A stretch of 28,722 nucleotides of DNA from a virus (taxonomy: Duplodnaviria > Caudoviricetes): positions 1 through 28,722 of IMG/VR virus record IMGVR_UViG_3300020044_009235; one strand, 5' to 3'. The position numbers and the translations under genes are program-made. Positions 15,283 through 25,000 of the stretch are shown here, piece after piece; positions within the stretch are counted from its first letter, which is position 1, and each line of letters starts with the position of its first letter. The notes under the pieces are model-generated. The model was not told the DNA's origin, ran no database searches, and saw only the letters and a program-made list of their open reading frames with translations.

Positions 15283-16470
15283 TCAGGTATCGACCACGAT
15301 GGTTTTCACCGTGCCGTCGCCGAACTTCACCTTCAGGTCACCGTCGGCGGTGTCCACGTAGAGCTGGGCCATGCCCGCGACGGTGTCCGGCGCGGTGATC
15401 CCGTCAGCGATGCCAAGTGCCCCCGAGGCGTAGGCCTCGAAGTACGTGGTGTCGGCCCGCATCCCGCGCAGAAAACTCCCCGTGCTGCGCTCGGTCTCGA
15501 TCTGCAGCGTCACCGGCGTGCCAGAGCCCGCGTTGCTGTCGACCACCCGCATCGCGGGTAGACTCGCGCCGCCTGCCACCAAGCGCTCGAAGATGAACGC
15601 GCCCGCCGCCGAGGCGTTTGCCGCACTGGCAAACTTCACCGCCGGCCCCGTGGTGCCGAAAGGGTCGATTGCCAGTGTGCGCGTGCCAGAGCCCGTCACG
15701 GTGCCGGTGACGTGGTGGTTGGCAATGAGTGCGGTCTCGCGCACGTTGGCGCTGCCGGTGTCGATGTTGGTCGTGTTGCCCTCGAAACGGCAGAACGCGA
15801 TCGTGTTGCGGTCGGCAAGCGCGCTCGAGGTACTGGTGATCGACACCCCCGTGGTGCCGGATTCGATCTGGCAGTGCGTCAGTTGGTTCTGGTTCGAGTC
15901 GGTGATGTTCCAGCCCGTGGTGCAGACGTTGGCGCGGCAGGCGAGGAAGGTGTTGGAGTTGCTGCCCGTGCCGCCGATCAGAAAGCCCGTGGTCGCATTG
16001 GCCGCGGTCACGTTGGTGAAGCGGTTGTACACACAGTAGCCGTTCGAGCCCGTGAGACTCACGCCCGTCGTGAAGCCGTCGATCACCACGTCCTCGATCA
16101 TGCTGGTCGAGACCGAGTCGAAATCCAGCCCGATCGTGCCAGTGCCGATGTCCTGGAGCTTCAGCGCCCGCACGCCGAGCCCGTAGACGCGCGTGCCAGG
16201 GGTTGACTGTACGACCGCTTGCGCAGCGCCCGTGTACTTCAGCACCGTCGCCTGCGGCCCGCGCCCCTCCAACTGCACGCCGCTGTAGAGCGTGAGCGCA
16301 CTGCCAAAACGGATGTTGCCGGCGGGCAGCGTGACCACCCCTCCCCCGGCGCTGTTCGCGGCGTTGATCGCCACCTGGATCGCGGCGGCGTTGTTGGTGC
16401 TGTCGTCGGCTTTGACGTCAGCGGCAAACACATGCGAGAGCTTGATGGCGTTCTCTGCGGCATTGCTCAC
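15283..16470 (-). CDS. Tailspike / pectate-lyase-like beta-helix protein (putative depolymerase)
   Basis: DDSTNNAAAIQVAINAA...GGVVTLPAG...VQLEGRG signature followed by N/T/G-rich beta-helix repeats. Confidence 0.85.
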   Translation of the reverse strand: MSNAAENAIKLSHVFAADVKADDSTNNAAAIQVAINAANSAGGGVVTLPAGNIRFGSALTLYSGVQLEGRGPQATVLKYTGAAQAVVQSTPGTRVYGLGVRALKLQDIGTGTIGLDFDSVSTSMIEDVVIDGFTTGVSLTGSNGYCVYNRFTNVTAANATTGFLIGGTGSNSNTFLACRANVCTTGWNITDSNQNQLTHCQIESGTTGVSITSTSSALADRNTIAFCRFEGNTTNIDTGSANVRETALIANHHVTGTVTGSGTRTLAIDPFGTTGPAVKFASAANASAAGAFIFERLVAGGASLPAMRVVDSNAGSGTPVTLQIETERSTGSFLRGMRADTTYFEAYASGALGIADGITAPDTVAGMAQLYVDTADGDLKVKFGDGTVKTIVVDT

Positions 16471-16486
16471 GGGTCATGGTGCTCCT

Positions 16487-16891
16487 TCAGCGGGTGGCGA
16501 CACCCTTGGATTTTTCAAACGTCCGCAAGCCCCCGATCCCGAGCATGCCGGTGATCACGACCCACAAAAGGTCTAGGTTCAGCTCGGGCGGTGTGGGCAG
16601 CTGATGCACGCTCGCGTACCAGGCAAGGAGTGGCTGCAGGATCGTGGCGTACACAAAGCCCGCGCACCCCGCCCAGCCAAAGCCCGGCCGCCAGCCGGCG
16701 ACAAAGACGCTCGCGTGCTGCGCCTCGCGCGCGTTGATCTCCAACTGGGCGATGACTTGTTTCAACTCCCCGTCGGCCGCCATGCGGATCAGCTCCATCT
16801 CCGCTTCGCGCTTCTTGTCAGGGTCCGGCACCCACCGATCGAGCAGCGTGCGGCCCATCTCGAGGATCGGGCCGAGAAGGATCGGGTTCAC
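16487..16891 (-). CDS. Holin (GTA-type 3TM holin family)
   Basis: QLEINAREAQHASVFVAGWRPGFGW...GMLGIGGLRTFEK; GTG start overlaps the endolysin stop. Confidence 0.85.
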   Translation of the reverse strand: MNPILLGPILEMGRTLLDRWVPDPDKKREAEMELIRMAADGELKQVIAQLEINAREAQHASVFVAGWRPGFGWAGCAGFVYATILQPLLAWYASVHQLPTPPELNLDLLWVVITGMLGIGGLRTFEKSKGVATR

Positions 16892-17277
16892 GGGAAGTAC
16901 CTCCGGTCGAGCTCGTGGTGCGGGCCGTCGGGGAAGGATTTCCAGTCCGCCCCGTGCACGAGCGGGACACCTAGCTCCTTCGACGCTTGGCGCATCGCCT
17001 CGATTACGGGGGTGAAGCTTGGCCACTTCCAGCAGATCGTGCCGCCCACGATCGGGGCAAGATCCACGGCGTGGCCGGTCAAGTGGCGCGAGAACATCGT
17101 CTTCGAGGCGCCGATCCGCACGAGCTCCGCCTGACGATCGCGCGTGCGCTTACCCTCGACCACTGCGAAGTCCACCTCGGAAATCTCGAGCGCGCGGCGC
17201 ACGACCTGCACCAGTTGCGGGTGCACCTCGGACAGGCGCTGCTCAGAGCGGGGGGAGAAGGCAAACGGGGCGGCCAT
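16888..17277 (-). CDS. Endolysin, M15-family (L-Ala-D-Glu type) peptidase
   Basis: VVEGKRT..RQ, SRHLTGHAVDL, DGPHHEL. Confidence 0.92.
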   Translation of the reverse strand: MAAPFAFSPRSEQRLSEVHPQLVQVVRRALEISEVDFAVVEGKRTRDRQAELVRIGASKTMFSRHLTGHAVDLAPIVGGTICWKWPSFTPVIEAMRQASKELGVPLVHGADWKSFPDGPHHELDRRYFP

Positions 17278-17915
17278 CACAGATCCTTGGCCAGAAAATA
17301 ATCGAAACCACCACTGTTGCTGAAACCCAAAAACAAGACACCGGGCTGCCCACTGGCAATGCGGTTTGAGGTGTCGGTGTCAGTCGCCGACAGGGTCAGA
17401 ACGTCGTTTACATACACCGAGATGGTGTATCCCGAAATCTCGGCTTTCACTTTGGAGTTCAGCGCTATCGGGCTTACGCCAGTATTGAGAATCGTATTTC
17501 CCGCAGTCGCATCAACCCGAATGATGGTAAGCGTTAAGTTGGGGTCCACTCGGATGGAATAACCCGAGTACCCATTCAGGGTTAGTGGATACGATGCCAT
17601 TCTCAAAAAGACCTGCGCCAACGGAGCGCTGCTTCCGCCGTTGAGATCTGTCGTTACCACTTCGACAGATTGGTTTGCGGAAAATGTTTTGGTAGCCGGA
17701 TTGACGATTACCGGCACGCTGGAGGCCGAGCTGCTCGCACCCACTGTCGTGAAAATATTGGACTTGACTTGCGCGGTGGCCCCGTAAGGGCCCGCGCCGA
17801 ACGCAGTTCCCGGTGGAAGGGTGATCCAGTCGCTTCCAACCGCACCATCGGCGCGATTGAAGGTATCCAAGAACTGCGTGTTGGCAGTCGTAAATCCCAC
17901 GTATACCGTACCCAT
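17277..17915 (-). CDS. Hypothetical beta-rich (lectin/ConA-like) tail-associated protein
   Basis: DTFNRADG N-terminal motif, beta-strand-rich; follows the tail fibre; lower GC than neighbours. Confidence 0.6.
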   Translation of the reverse strand: MGTVYVGFTTANTQFLDTFNRADGAVGSDWITLPPGTAFGAGPYGATAQVKSNIFTTVGASSSASSVPVIVNPATKTFSANQSVEVVTTDLNGGSSAPLAQVFLRMASYPLTLNGYSGYSIRVDPNLTLTIIRVDATAGNTILNTGVSPIALNSKVKAEISGYTISVYVNDVLTLSATDTDTSNRIASGQPGVLFLGFSNSGGFDYFLAKDL

Positions 17916-17918
17916 CGC

Positions 17919-19031
17919 TCAGGCCCGCACGCCGCTCAGCGTGACCTTCAACCCCTTGGCCGTGCCGTCGCCCACCTGGTCGATGTCGATGCTGATTTCG
18001 GCGTCGCTCGCCAGGTTGGCATCACTGATCACCGCCGCGGTGGCCGCCGTGGTGGAGGTCTTCTCGGTGTTGTCGATGGTGAGCTTGGTCGAGAGGATCG
18101 AGGTGCCACCCTCGTTGATGTCCACCGTGGTGATCGCGCCTGAGGTCTGGGCGGTGGAGAGGCTTGCCTTCACGCTGGAGAGCACCATCGCGTAGGGCAT
18201 GCGGAAGATCACCTTGTTGGTGCCCGCGGTGAGCGCCGTGGTCTCGTCCGAGCAGGTGAGCACGATGGTTTCAAAATACTGCCCTACCGGCACGGCCTCA
18301 CCGTAGCGCGCCAGGATCTCGGTGCCGTTCGCAGGCGCGGTGACAAACACGAGTTTCCCTGAGAGGAGCGAGTAGTCAGTGACCGGCACCTGCACCAGTC
18401 CGTCCACCGACACCACCAGATTGCCCACCGTGCCAGGATCGGCGGTCAACGTGAACTGCGTCGTGCTGGCGTTGCCGGCGAACGTGTCGTAGCGGATCAG
18501 ACCGTAGGCGGAACTGGTGTAGAGGTTTGCGATGTCGTAGTTCTGGAGTGCCGTTCCCGTGGAGTTCCAGCCGATCAGTGCGTTGGCATCGGGGATGGGG
18601 AGCTCGGGGTCGGAGTTGCTGGTGATGCTCACCTGCACCGAGCGGGCGATCACCTCGCGCAGTTGCTGGATCTGCATCACGATCCGGTCGAGCTCGTTCT
18701 CAAGCGCGACGGGGTTGAAGTTGCCCCCTGCCGGGATGTCGAGGGGTTGGTCGAAATCCAGATCGCCCACGATGGTCAGCACGGAGCCGGCGGGCAGTGG
18801 GGATCCCGTGATGGGATAGGTGATGGCGCCGCCGGGGGAGGTGTCCTGGTTGGCGTTCAGCGTGACGCTGTAGTCAGTGTCCAGCACCAGTAGGGTCTCG
18901 ACGCCCGTGCTGTCGGCGATGGCCACCGCAATGTCGGCTGCGGCAAAGACCTTGAAGGTGAACGCAAACGACGTCGCCGCACTGTTGCCGAGGAAGGGGC
19001 CGGCGCGGCGCGCCGTGGCGGAAATGGTCAT
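17919..19031 (-). CDS. Tail fibre / tail adaptor protein
   Basis: MTISATARRAGPFLGN...FAFTFKVF...ENELDRIVMQIQQL is a T7 gp17-like N-terminal anchor; AGGAG RBS. Confidence 0.85.
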   Translation of the reverse strand: MTISATARRAGPFLGNSAATSFAFTFKVFAAADIAVAIADSTGVETLLVLDTDYSVTLNANQDTSPGGAITYPITGSPLPAGSVLTIVGDLDFDQPLDIPAGGNFNPVALENELDRIVMQIQQLREVIARSVQVSITSNSDPELPIPDANALIGWNSTGTALQNYDIANLYTSSAYGLIRYDTFAGNASTTQFTLTADPGTVGNLVVSVDGLVQVPVTDYSLLSGKLVFVTAPANGTEILARYGEAVPVGQYFETIVLTCSDETTALTAGTNKVIFRMPYAMVLSSVKASLSTAQTSGAITTVDINEGGTSILSTKLTIDNTEKTSTTAATAAVISDANLASDAEISIDIDQVGDGTAKGLKVTLSGVRA

Positions 19032-19058
19032 GCGCGGGGACTCCTGCAACCTTCGCGT

Positions 19059-19091
19059 ATGCTAGGTGGCAGGGGTGCCCCTCACGGATAC
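19059..19091 (-). promoter_or_regulatory. Putative late promoter GTATCCGTG-N18-TAGCAT
   Basis: Third copy of the motif, in the gap upstream of the tail fibre gene. Confidence 0.65.
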
Positions 19092-19092
19092 A

Positions 19093-22000
19093 TCAGGGGT
19101 TCTTGCTCTCGGGGCTTGCCGTGCCGGTCACCAGGCCTCGAGCCGCGTCCACGGGGCCAGTGGGCTCGATCTTGCCTTGGGCAACCCCTGCCGCGTAGCC
19201 CAGGGGTCGGGCGAGCGTCATGGCCGGGAGCCCCGTTGCCAACGTGATCAGCGCCGACATATCGCGCACGGCCTTCTGTGCACTGCCCTCGTCGACGATC
19301 GCCTTGTACACACTTTGCGGCGCGGCGGCAGCGGACTCCAGCACGGAGACCGTGGGCGAGAGGCTGAACCGGTCATCGGCCGGGTTGTCGTTGAAACGGT
19401 TCACCATCGACTGGCCGATCTGTGCGATACCCGGCACGCCTGAGAGAATCCCGCGGATGGTGCCAAAGCCGAACACGGCCGCGAGCCAGTCGTCCAGGTA
19501 ACCGTCGTCATCCTCATCCTCTGGCCCGCCGCGCATCGCGTGCGCAATCACCTCGGCCACCCAGATCGGGATCATCATCCCCACCATCAGCACGCCGAAG
19601 GCCTTGCCCGCGCCCTTGCGCAGCCCCTGCTCCTGGGCGATCTGCTGGATCGCCGTGGCGTTGGTGTTGGCGAGCATGTTGAAGTAACCCACGAACTGCG
19701 TGAACGCGCGCGCGAATGCCGTCCCGGTCTCGATCCGGCTCACATCCTCGGGGAGCGTGGAGCCCTGTGTTTGGCGGATCACGCCGTCTGCAAAGCGCCG
19801 GGCCATACGATCGCCCATGCCCTCTACCAGCGCCTGGTTGTAGGCGCCCGTCCAGATGATGGGCGACATCTGGTTGTCCATCCCCGTCTGCAAAAAGTAG
19901 GCGTGGCGGCGCGTGAAGCGCTCGGAGCTCTCGTAGACGCTGGGGTTCAGGAGGATCGCCTCCAGCGTGTCGGAGAGCACCGCGACTTCGTTGCTGGCGC
20001 GATCGGCCATGTAGGGCGAGAGCGACCAAACAGTGTTCTTCAGTTGCTGGGGGTCGGCGATGTACTGCGCCACGGCCCGGCGGATATGGCTGCCCTTCAC
20101 CTTCAAGAGCGCCGTCGAGAAGCCCGTGATCTGCTGCAGGGTGTTGCTCACGTTAGCAAGCATCAGTGCCATGCCCGTGCGGGCGCGCGCCTGGGAGAGC
20201 ATACGGTTCAAACCGGCGTCGGCCGAGACCGGGGTCTCCACCGTCTGGCGCGCGGAACGGTTCAGCCAAGGCTTCAGCATCCCGTTGATGGCAGCCGGGT
20301 CGATCTTGTTCAGCGCCTGGGCGATCTTCTTGCGGCGCAGCAGGCGATCGACGCCGCGCACCGCGGGCTCCATGTGCGAGAACAGCAGCACCTTGTCGAT
20401 GTGCTGGGGCAGTGTGCGAAGGTCGAGTTTCAGCGGCCGGTTGTACTCCACGCGCCCCTTGGTGAAGCCCTTGTTGGTGGCCGGGAAGGCGTAGCTCATG
20501 CCCGCGTTCTCCGTCTCCAGGAGCTCGCGCTGGTCGGCATCCTGTACCAGCAGCGGATCGGCCTGCGCGGGCACATAGCCCCCGCGGTAGGTGCCGAAGG
20601 GCGTCTGGACCTCGTTTGCCGTGACCTCGGCAAAGTAGCGCCCGAAGACATCGCGGTGCGTCTTTTGCGCCAGCGGTTTGGTTTCCTCCATCAGATCCCA
20701 GACGCCCTGCGCGAAGTCGTAGTGCGCCTTGGTGAGCGTGCCCTCGGTGATCAGGCGCGCGATGAAGGCATCCCAGCGCGAGGTGTCGAGCGTCCCGTCG
20801 GGGTTCTCGGTGGCCCACTCCCTGCCCAGCAGGAGCTTGCGCTTGTTGGAGTCGTTGCCGGTGTGCAGGATCGCGTGCAGCACTTCGGCCATGCCGATGC
20901 CGTTGTGCCCGCGCCCGAAGGTGTAGTCGAGCTCGGGTGCGGCAATGAGGGTCTTGGCCATCGTGGGCTCGATCGCATCGACCAGTGCCTGGAACTTGCG
21001 CCGATAGACCAGACGGTCGGCGCGGTAGCGGTCGGCGGCGATCTTGACGGGCTGGAAGATGAACCGCAGGAACGGACCGCCGAAGGCGCCGTCCTTTGCC
21101 TCGGCCCACTGCTCGACGCGGCGCAGAATCGCCGGGGCCTGCTGCAGCCAGTTGCGCTTGCGGATCTCGGCATCGGTCAGCGCACCCTTCTCGCCGGGCA
21201 GCACGTCGGGGATCCCGATGTCCTCCATCCGGGCGTAAAGCTGATCGGCCAGATCCTCGAGATCCAGCAGATCGCCGTCGATCTCCATTTGCCGGGAGCG
21301 CTTGGCCAGATGCCAGAGGGACTTCAGCTCATCGGTGAGCCCCCTCACCTCCTCCACCGTCAGCTCGCTGAAGGGCTTCGCGTTGGCCAGCGCGGTGTTC
21401 ACGCCGGGGGCGATCACGGCGTACATCGCAGGATCGTTCTTCTGCACGAGCTCGAGGTACTCCATCGCACCCTTGCCCGTGCGAGGCGCGATGCCGTAGA
21501 CGCCCAGGATCGCGCGCATGGCGTTCACCACGTCGGGGTCACGGCCACCCTTGACCAGTTTCTCGTTGTTGCCCTTGGTGACCTTGCGGAAGAACTCGAT
21601 CGCAGCGCGCACCTCGGTCTGCGCATCGAGCAGTGCGCGCACGGCCTGGTTGTTCAAGAGTTGGTCTTTCTTCGCCTGCACGGCAGCCTGTGTGTCGCCC
21701 TTCTGCGTGGCCGTCTGCCAGGCTCGGCCGGCACGGGCCTCGGCGGCACGGTGCAGGTAGATCGCATTCTTGAGCTTACCCACCGCGCGCCGGGCTGCGA
21801 GGTCTGCGCCAAATGCTCGCGCGGCCTCGACCAGGGCGTTCACGGTGATCGGGCGACCGCGGGCATCGGTGCGACCCGTGGTCTCGCGGGGGTTCATCGC
21901 CTCGTTCTGGGACTTCAGTTCTGCAGCCAGTGCCCGGGCCCGGGCCTCGTTGTGCACGGCCTCGTTGGCGGCAGCCTCCAGCGCCTCCTGCGTGGCCATG

Positions 22001-25000
22001 TCACCGTGGCGCTCCAGCATGCGCCGATCGACCTCGGCCTCGACCGCCTCGTTCACCGGGCCGAGCGCCGTGACGGCGGCCGTCATCTCCTCGACCGTGG
22101 GGTAGCCCGTGGCATCCGCGATCGCGGCGATCTTGGCATCGCGCTCTGCGCCGTCTTTGTTCCGCACCTTGCGGATGGCGCGCGCAGCGATCACCTCGGG
22201 CTTGGTCTCGAACTCCCCCATCACCTCGGCCAGCACGCCCTTGCGCAGATCGCGCGCCTCCTTGGTGAACTGCTTCAGGAACTTGGAGCGGGCGTTCAGG
22301 GTCCACTTCAGCGCGCGCATGCTGCGCTCCTGCAGGCGCTCAAGGGCTTCGTTGGTGGCATCAAACTCGGGCAGCAGGCCTGCCTGCTCCTCGGCCTGCG
22401 CGATCTGCTCGTCGGTCGCGAGCATACGGTCGAAGACCTGGCGGATCTCGTCATTGACCTCGAGGTTGCGCCCGCGCATGAAGTCCGAAAGGGACTTGTA
22501 GACGTTCACCAGCCAGGAGCGGAACCGGCGGAACAGGGGTTGGAGCTCGGTGCTGGGGGCTTTGCCTTCCAGGAGGTACTGCTCGAAGGACTCTGCCCAC
22601 TTCTCGTGGTGCTCGCGCTTCTGGTCGAGCGTGTAGGTGTTCCAGGTGGCGAGATCCGGCACGCCGAACCACGCGAGCGCGCGGTTCATGTCATCGACGA
22701 CCTGCTGGGGTGCGTCGGGGCGGGACGCCAGGTCTGCCATCACCTCAAGGAAAAAGTGACCGGACTCGTGCAGGAAGGTCGAGAGATCCGCGCTCTCGCC
22801 CAGGCTGATCAGGAGCGTCTGGGGGTTGAAGGTGCCGCGGGGGCTTTGCTGGTTCTGGTAGAACTGGTCGCGGATCGCAACGTCGTCGCCGCTGAACACG
22901 ACATAGTTGAAGGTGCCGTCGCCTGCGTTCCGACTGGTGCCGTCGAGATATTTAATGCCTTTGATGCCAAACTCTGCGAGCCACTGGGAAGCGGCGCGGT
23001 CGTTCCCCTGCAGGCGACTGATTGCCTTGTATAGTTCCTCACCCAGTGGGTTGAGGGCCAGAATATTCTGACCACTGGCGTTTGGAATTTCGCCATCTTC
23101 CAGTGCCTTGCGCACGTTTTCCGGTTGCTCAGAGAGCGGCTTATCCCAGAGCAGCATCTCGCTGTCCTCGGGGATGTCGACTTCGTAGAGTTGGCCGCCG
23201 CGCTTGATCTTGTCGTAGTTGAGCCGATTGATTTCACGCCGGAGCGCAGCGGAGTTGTCATACCCGGCAGCATCGTCAAGCGCTCCGGCCTTGTCACCCT
23301 GCCAAGACCATAGCAGTTCGACCGCCGTGCGCTGCGCGGATTCACCCTTTACCGGCTTGCCGTCATACTCAAACGCGCCAGCGCCTAACTTCTCTCGATA
23401 GAACTCAGCGATCTCCCGCTTGCCGGCGAAGTACAACCCCCAGCCGTAGGCCTGGGCGCCCTCGCCCGTGCCGATGAAGTCGGTGCTGAATTTGTCGATA
23501 CCACGGGCGGGGGTGCCGTGGTAGGCGGGTTGGGCTAGCTCTCCGTTTGCAGTCTGAGCGGCATCGTTTCCGCCAGCTCCGCGTCCAGAGGTTCTTCCCA
23601 TCCCGCCATTTTGATATAGCTCTCCCGTGTTACCGGGCGACCCTGCGCCATCAAGGCCTGCTCGATCGGATCTGGCCCAGGCTGGGTCGGGTATCCCATC
23701 CGAGAGCCGGAGGAGTTCTTGTCGGGTTTCATCAAGGGATCTGGCGCCGTCATGGTACTCTCTCCAGAGGGCAGTCAACGGGTGTCCGGCGTTGCTGGTG
23801 CTTTTGAGCGACCGATTATACGCCGCTTTGAATGTTGGCTTGAATAGCGACCGAACGGCTTCCCATGTAATTGACTGCATCTCGCGAGGCAGAAGGCCGA
23901 CCTCTGCAGCGGCTCTGCGATAGGCCTCGGCATATACAGGGTATGTTCCCTTGATGCCTGTCTTTGAGTCAGAACCCCCTGTGCCGAGGTTGTGCTGAAC
24001 AAAAGGGGATGAGCCGGCCAACGGAAGCAGCAGACCTGCAGCCACCGCGTGCGTGTCAATTGTAACGCTGCCGTCAGGTGAGGTCGGGTCGTAGATGTTG
24101 TTGTAGAAGTTTCTGACCTTGTGCGCAGCGCCAAGCGCATCGCTGATATTCGCCATTGTCCCGTCGCGCAGCACCGAAATGGACTTCGCAATCGGGCCAA
24201 AACCATTTGCCCATGAGCCCTTGATGGGGGCACCACTATCAGTGCGCATGATCTCGCCAAAGTCACCTTCTGGCGTAACCAGCAAATAGTCTCTGGAGTT
24301 GTTGGCAAGGTCGTATGCAGCAACCCAGAATGCCCGCTCAAGGTCGCTGCTAAGTTCAGACAGCTTTTTTCCGGTTACGGCTGCCAGTACAACCGCATTC
24401 CCGTTCTCTTCGCTGATCATGGCCGTGCGCTGCGCGGCCTCGGTCATGCGGTCGTCCCATACCGTGTCTTGCTGGGTGTCCCATATTTCAATGGCACGAG
24501 TTGCAAGTGCGACGTTCAGGAACCAGTCCATCTGCGGCGATAGCGCCGCAATTGCTGCCGATAACTGGACGTCGGAGTATCGGCCTTCGTATTGCTCTTC
24601 CAGTCGATCGACAATGACTCGGGCACCGTCATACCAAAGTTTCGCGCGTGCGCGGATGTCTGGGGTGAACTGGTCGTGCAACCAGATGAGGTTTGATTTG
24701 ATCTGCTCTATGTAGTCCTCAAGCTGTTCCTCTGCCGTTGCGGCGGTGCTTGTCCGAAGAGAGGGGATCTCGCGCATCCTCTCGGCAAACTTTTCCAGCA
24801 GAGCGGGGTTTCTGCGAGCCGCGTCCATGTTGACGACAAGCTGCTCATCAAAATGATTTTCTTCAGGCCTCACAGCCCACGGAACGCGCGTGCTGACCGA
24901 CTGATTCAACACGTCCCCTGATGCTGAAAGTCCAATTTTTGCAGGATTTAGCGGCCCGTCCGCCCTTTCACCGCCATCAAAGTATTTGATCTCCACAGGT

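Noticed and set aside
15283-19031. Diversity-generating retroelement as in BPP-1
   Set aside because: No reverse transcriptase ORF and no TR/VR repeat pair noticed in the window
19540-23034. 1164-aa plus-strand ORF
   Set aside because: Antisense shadow of the high-GC giant gene; no motifs and typical mirror-frame composition
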